DNA from: Candidatus Helarchaeota archaeon
GTDB lineage: Archaea > Asgardarchaeota > Lokiarchaeia > Helarchaeales > RDOG01
Reading direction: 5' to 3'
Length of the DNA stretch: 64,000 bases
Assembly (NCBI GenBank): GCA_019058315.1
Contig: JAHPZH010000001.1
Span: 1,009,432-1,073,431, forward strand
Shown here: positions 61,015 through 64,000 of the stretch, piece by piece
Numbering within the stretch: position 1 is the first letter of the stretch
Layout: each line of letters starts with the position of its first letter
Made by a program: the position numbers and the translations under genes
Notes under the pieces: generated by a model
Told to the model about the DNA's origin: nothing
Databases searched by the model: none
What the model saw: the letters and a program-made list of their open reading frames with translations, nothing else

Positions 61015-62310
61015 TTATTCATTTTGCTCTTTTGCTTTTTCCTCTAATTCCATTTTTTTCTTATCAGCTTGAATCTCATCCCAGATAGTAGAAGTATAGC
61101 CAAAATGTTGGGTTAGAAAATTTTCAATATCAAAAGTTTTTCCAACCTCTCTACCTGGTAATCCTTCTATTTGCTTTCCCTCTTCCACATCGGTAGCTAC
61201 GGCGGTATAAGGTAATATTTCTGCATTATCTTCGATTTTAACTCCAGGAACTATTCCGCTCCCTACATCTACTAACACATTCTTTCCAACGTAAATCTCC
61301 CCCAACTTAACTGGCGCATCCCCATAAGCTTGATGAGTTGCAAAAACAGTTTTACTCTTGATAACTGCACCATCATCAATTGTTATCTTCTCAGGATGTA
61401 ACGGGTCTATTGTCACATCATCTTTTATTATGACATTTTTCCCAATTTTTACGCCTGCCAGTCTCAATAAAATCTGTCTCATTCCCTGTGTCATTAAAGG
61501 GCTTTTTTGTAATTCAAGAAGAAGCATATTAAAGGGACTATAACGAGGTATATATTTTCTAAAATCACGCAGATTAGCATCAAGAGTTTCTAATGGTCGT
61601 TTATCCATAGCAAGTAATTGAAGAATATCTTCTGAAAAAGGATATCGGATAGAGTCAGGTATGCCAATACCTATATAATTCTCTTTTATATCATAAGAAA
61701 TAAATCCGGGTCCTACATATGCATTATCACCGATATTTACTCCTGGTAAGATTATAGCTCCTGGCAGCACTATAACATTTTTGCCTATATTTACCTCACC
61801 GACGTATAGTTCATGAGTGTCAAGTGAGAATTCATGACATAAAATAACAGCTCCTGTATTTATTACAGTATTATCACCAATCGAAATCTTTTTAGTAAAG
61901 AGAGTATCTATTAAATTGGCCGGGGAAATGAAGACATCTTTGCCAATTTTTGCTCCCAAATCTTTCAAGAAATTTCTTTTAAATTTAGGTGTTCCATATT
62001 TTAAAAGTGTTAGAAAATATTGGTTCCGCAAAGAAGAAATTAATCCACCAGTAATTCTTCTATATCTCTTTTTTTCTTCCTTTGTAGCTAATCTTATATT
62101 TCTTGCTCTCTCAGTTTTTCCTTCATAACTTTTTTTAGTATTTTTAATGAGTCTTTTTGTTAAATTTTCTTGATATTTGATAATCCGTTGTTTATTTCTT
62201 TCAGTTTCTGCTTCTTCTGGGAATAAAAATAAATTAGTTATTAATTGTTGAAATTCTTTCAAATAAGGAAACATTTCTACTATTGGCTTCATCCTTTTCG
62301 GGATTCGCAT
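61015..62310 (-). CDS. Tandem double hexapeptide-repeat (LbH) acyltransferase, YvoF-like
   Basis: Two copies: LGAKIGKDV…ISIGDNT…ILCHEF…GEVNIG…ILPGVNIGD and AGVKIGKNV…PEKITID…ATHQ…GEIYVG…IVPGVKIED. Confidence 0.85.
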   Translation of the reverse strand: MRIPKRMKPIVEMFPYLKEFQQLITNLFLFPEEAETERNKQRIIKYQENLTKRLIKNTKKSYEGKTERARNIRLATKEEKKRYRRITGGLISSLRNQYFLTLLKYGTPKFKRNFLKDLGAKIGKDVFISPANLIDTLFTKKISIGDNTVINTGAVILCHEFSLDTHELYVGEVNIGKNVIVLPGAIILPGVNIGDNAYVGPGFISYDIKENYIGIGIPDSIRYPFSEDILQLLAMDKRPLETLDANLRDFRKYIPRYSPFNMLLLELQKSPLMTQGMRQILLRLAGVKIGKNVIIKDDVTIDPLHPEKITIDDGAVIKSKTVFATHQAYGDAPVKLGEIYVGKNVLVDVGSGIVPGVKIEDNAEILPYTAVATDVEEGKQIEGLPGREVGKTFDIENFLTQHFGYTSTIWDEIQADKKKMELEEKAKEQNE

Positions 62311-62392
62311 TAATCATCCTTTCCAAATATGTTTTTAATAAGAAAAAAATGTCTATAGTAATTAATTTGTTTGTATTCCTAATACTTAAACA

Positions 62393-63169
62393 TTACTTTT
62401 TCTGAATATCCAGATATTTACTAAAGATATTCATATAAAGACATTCTTCCGCTGGCATGAAAAAATCGTGTTTTGGTTTTTCTGTTAATTGGACCGGAGC
62501 ACCTCTTATAAGAACAATTGGGATTTGCTCATTAGACTCACCCATAAGTAATTGAGCCGCTGTTGCTAAATCGTCTGCTATAGCTCTAAATGTAAATACT
62601 AATTTTCTACCGTAAAGATCGGGTTTTCCTCGTTCGTCAGATACTGGTTCGATCCCAGATACGGCTAAAGCAGCACCAACTACTCCTCTCTTTAAAGGTT
62701 GAGTTCGGCTGTCACTTAAAACAATGCCGATTTTTTTACCAGTTTTTTCTTGAATTTTTTTTCTTATTTCATGAATAGAAGAAATATCTGGTAAAAGCAC
62801 AACACATCCTAGAGGAGCATTAGACTGATCAACCCCCGCATTTGCTGTTAAACATCCGTATTTTTCACATAAAAGCACATGTTTCACTCCTCCATATATC
62901 TTATCCGCTTCATCAATAACTACTTGTACCATTCCTGGATCCATTTCATAAAGTTTAGCTAAGTCTAAAGCTTGCTTAGATGGTTTAACTTCATTTAAAT
63001 CCACAAAACGACCTTGAGAAATTGCTAATGGAGTTTCTGCTATTACTAATACATCATTATCTTTAAGTTCTAATTTTTCTCGGTTTAAGGTATCCAAAAT
63101 TATTTGGACGATATCATCGCCCTTTTCAATTAGTTTTGTTTTTAATGAAAAGAGGGAAATTTTATTCAT
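62393..63169 (-). CDS. cofE: Coenzyme F420-0:L-glutamate ligase family protein
   Basis: GDDIV…DVLVIAET, ANAGVDQSN, SDSRTQPLKRGVVG, RGKPDLYGR, ADDLATAAQLLMGESNEQIP. Confidence 0.92.
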   Translation of the reverse strand: MNKISLFSLKTKLIEKGDDIVQIILDTLNREKLELKDNDVLVIAETPLAISQGRFVDLNEVKPSKQALDLAKLYEMDPGMVQVVIDEADKIYGGVKHVLLCEKYGCLTANAGVDQSNAPLGCVVLLPDISSIHEIRKKIQEKTGKKIGIVLSDSRTQPLKRGVVGAALAVSGIEPVSDERGKPDLYGRKLVFTFRAIADDLATAAQLLMGESNEQIPIVLIRGAPVQLTEKPKHDFFMPAEECLYMNIFSKYLDIQKK

Positions 63170-63178
63170 TTTTATTCC

Positions 63179-64000
63179 TCATTTACCCATTCGCAAGGAT
63201 TTTGCCATTTTTACCATTTCTATTTGTGCTTTTACATCGTGTGTACGAATTATATGAGCACCGTTATAAACTGCGATAACAGTTGCAGCAAGAGACCCAT
63301 TCAATCTATTTGATGGATCTGGAATATTTAAAACATCACCAATAAATGATTTTCGAGAAATTCCGACTAAAATAATTTTTTTAAGAGTTCGAAGTGCTTC
63401 TAGAGATTTAATAATTTGTAAATTAAATTCATACGTCTTTGTATTCACCCATCTCCCTATACCAGGGTCTATAATAATTTTATTTTCGTCAATTCCATTA
63501 TTTTTAGCAATATCAATTGATTTTTTCAGTTCATTAATAATCTCATGAATAGTATGACAATCTCCTGGTACTTTTTTAGTAGCCATTAAAATAACCGGAC
63601 AATTATAGTCTGAAATAACTTTTACTATTTTTGAATCAGTTCTAAATCCACTTATATCATTTATTAAGTGTGCTCCAAGGGATAAGGCTTTTTCTGCTAT
63701 GGAAGCATATTGAGTATCAATTGATATAAGGCAATTAGTTATATCCAATATTTTTCTTAATGCAGGTATTAGTCGGTCCTCTTCTTCCTTGATTGAGATC
63801 GCTTCTACGCCAGGTGCAGTAGATCTAGCTCCAATATCTAAAAATTCTGCCCCCTCGTCCTCCATTAATTTCGCTGTATTTATAAGTTTATCTTGAGTTA
63901 CTACAGATCCTTTGTAAAATGATTCTTTACTTAAATTGATAATCCCCATCGTTCGGATTGGATATGAATCACCTATATTTAAATTTAAAATTTGAGTGTT
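63179..64000 (-). CDS. folP: Dihydropteroate synthase (archaeal type), 5' end truncated by the window edge
   Basis: The frame is open to base 64000 (NTQILNLNIGDSYPIRTMGIINLSKESF). Motifs DIGARSTAP, ISIDT, INDISG, IDPGIG, GISRKSFI and IIRTHDV. Confidence 0.95.
   Translation of the reverse strand, partial: NTQILNLNIGDSYPIRTMGIINLSKESFYKGSVVTQDKLINTAKLMEDEGAEFLDIGARSTAPGVEAISIKEEEDRLIPALRKILDITNCLISIDTQYASIAEKALSLGAHLINDISGFRTDSKIVKVISDYNCPVILMATKKVPGDCHTIHEIINELKKSIDIAKNNGIDENKIIIDPGIGRWVNTKTYEFNLQIIKSLEALRTLKKIILVGISRKSFIGDVLNIPDPSNRLNGSLAATVIAVYNGAHIIRTHDVKAQIEMVKMAKSLRMGK

Noticed and set aside
39047-62128. Short ORFs nested within or antisense to long genes (e.g. 39047, 39500, 39688, 40124, 41892, 47509, 53300, 53979, 57152, 60113, 60441, 61358, 61916)
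   Set aside because: They overlap well-supported CDSs and have no motifs.
1-64000. tRNA, rRNA, transposase or integrase genes
   Set aside because: No GC-rich structured RNA-like segments or mobile-element proteins were seen.

Overview
Low-GC, AT-rich archaeal DNA. The gene content (longin-domain fusion, Rab-like pseudo-GTPase, coiled-coil and Pro-rich proteins, CofE, archaeal-type FolP, thiolase/DUF35, frequent TTG starts behind GGAG/GAGG motifs) points by inference to an Asgard archaeon (Loki/Hel-like). The first 33.1 kb is one giant minus-strand gene that the ORF track misses because it has no stop codon in the window. It runs from ATG at 33117 off the left edge (>11,039 aa). Its architecture is: signal/anchor peptide, 3 FN3-like domains, a caspase/CHAT-fold domain with an apparent His-Cys dyad, ~6 Ig-like domains, then ~85 tandem ~117-aa beta-sandwich repeats (DxDLN ... 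LTETGxxTGxFxG). These repeats are arranged in a titin-like 18-domain (~6.3 kb) super-repeat. The right half contains a LarA-family gene, a MIT-like/Pro-repeat protein and a dead Rab-like GTPase. A co-directional 10.8-kb cluster follows: MoxR AAA+, accessory protein, HEXXH-VWA, accessory protein, LRR, an unannotated 55-aa ORF, VOC, CapK/PaaK-like ligase, DUF3795 and two radical SAM enzymes. After it come a beta-propeller/Ig cell-surface protein, a wHTH-appendage-longin fusion, a Cys-less thiolase with DUF35, a coiled-coil protein, two membrane proteins, a tandem YvoF-like acetyltransferase, and cofE-folP. All family assignments come from motif recognition by eye; no database search was run.
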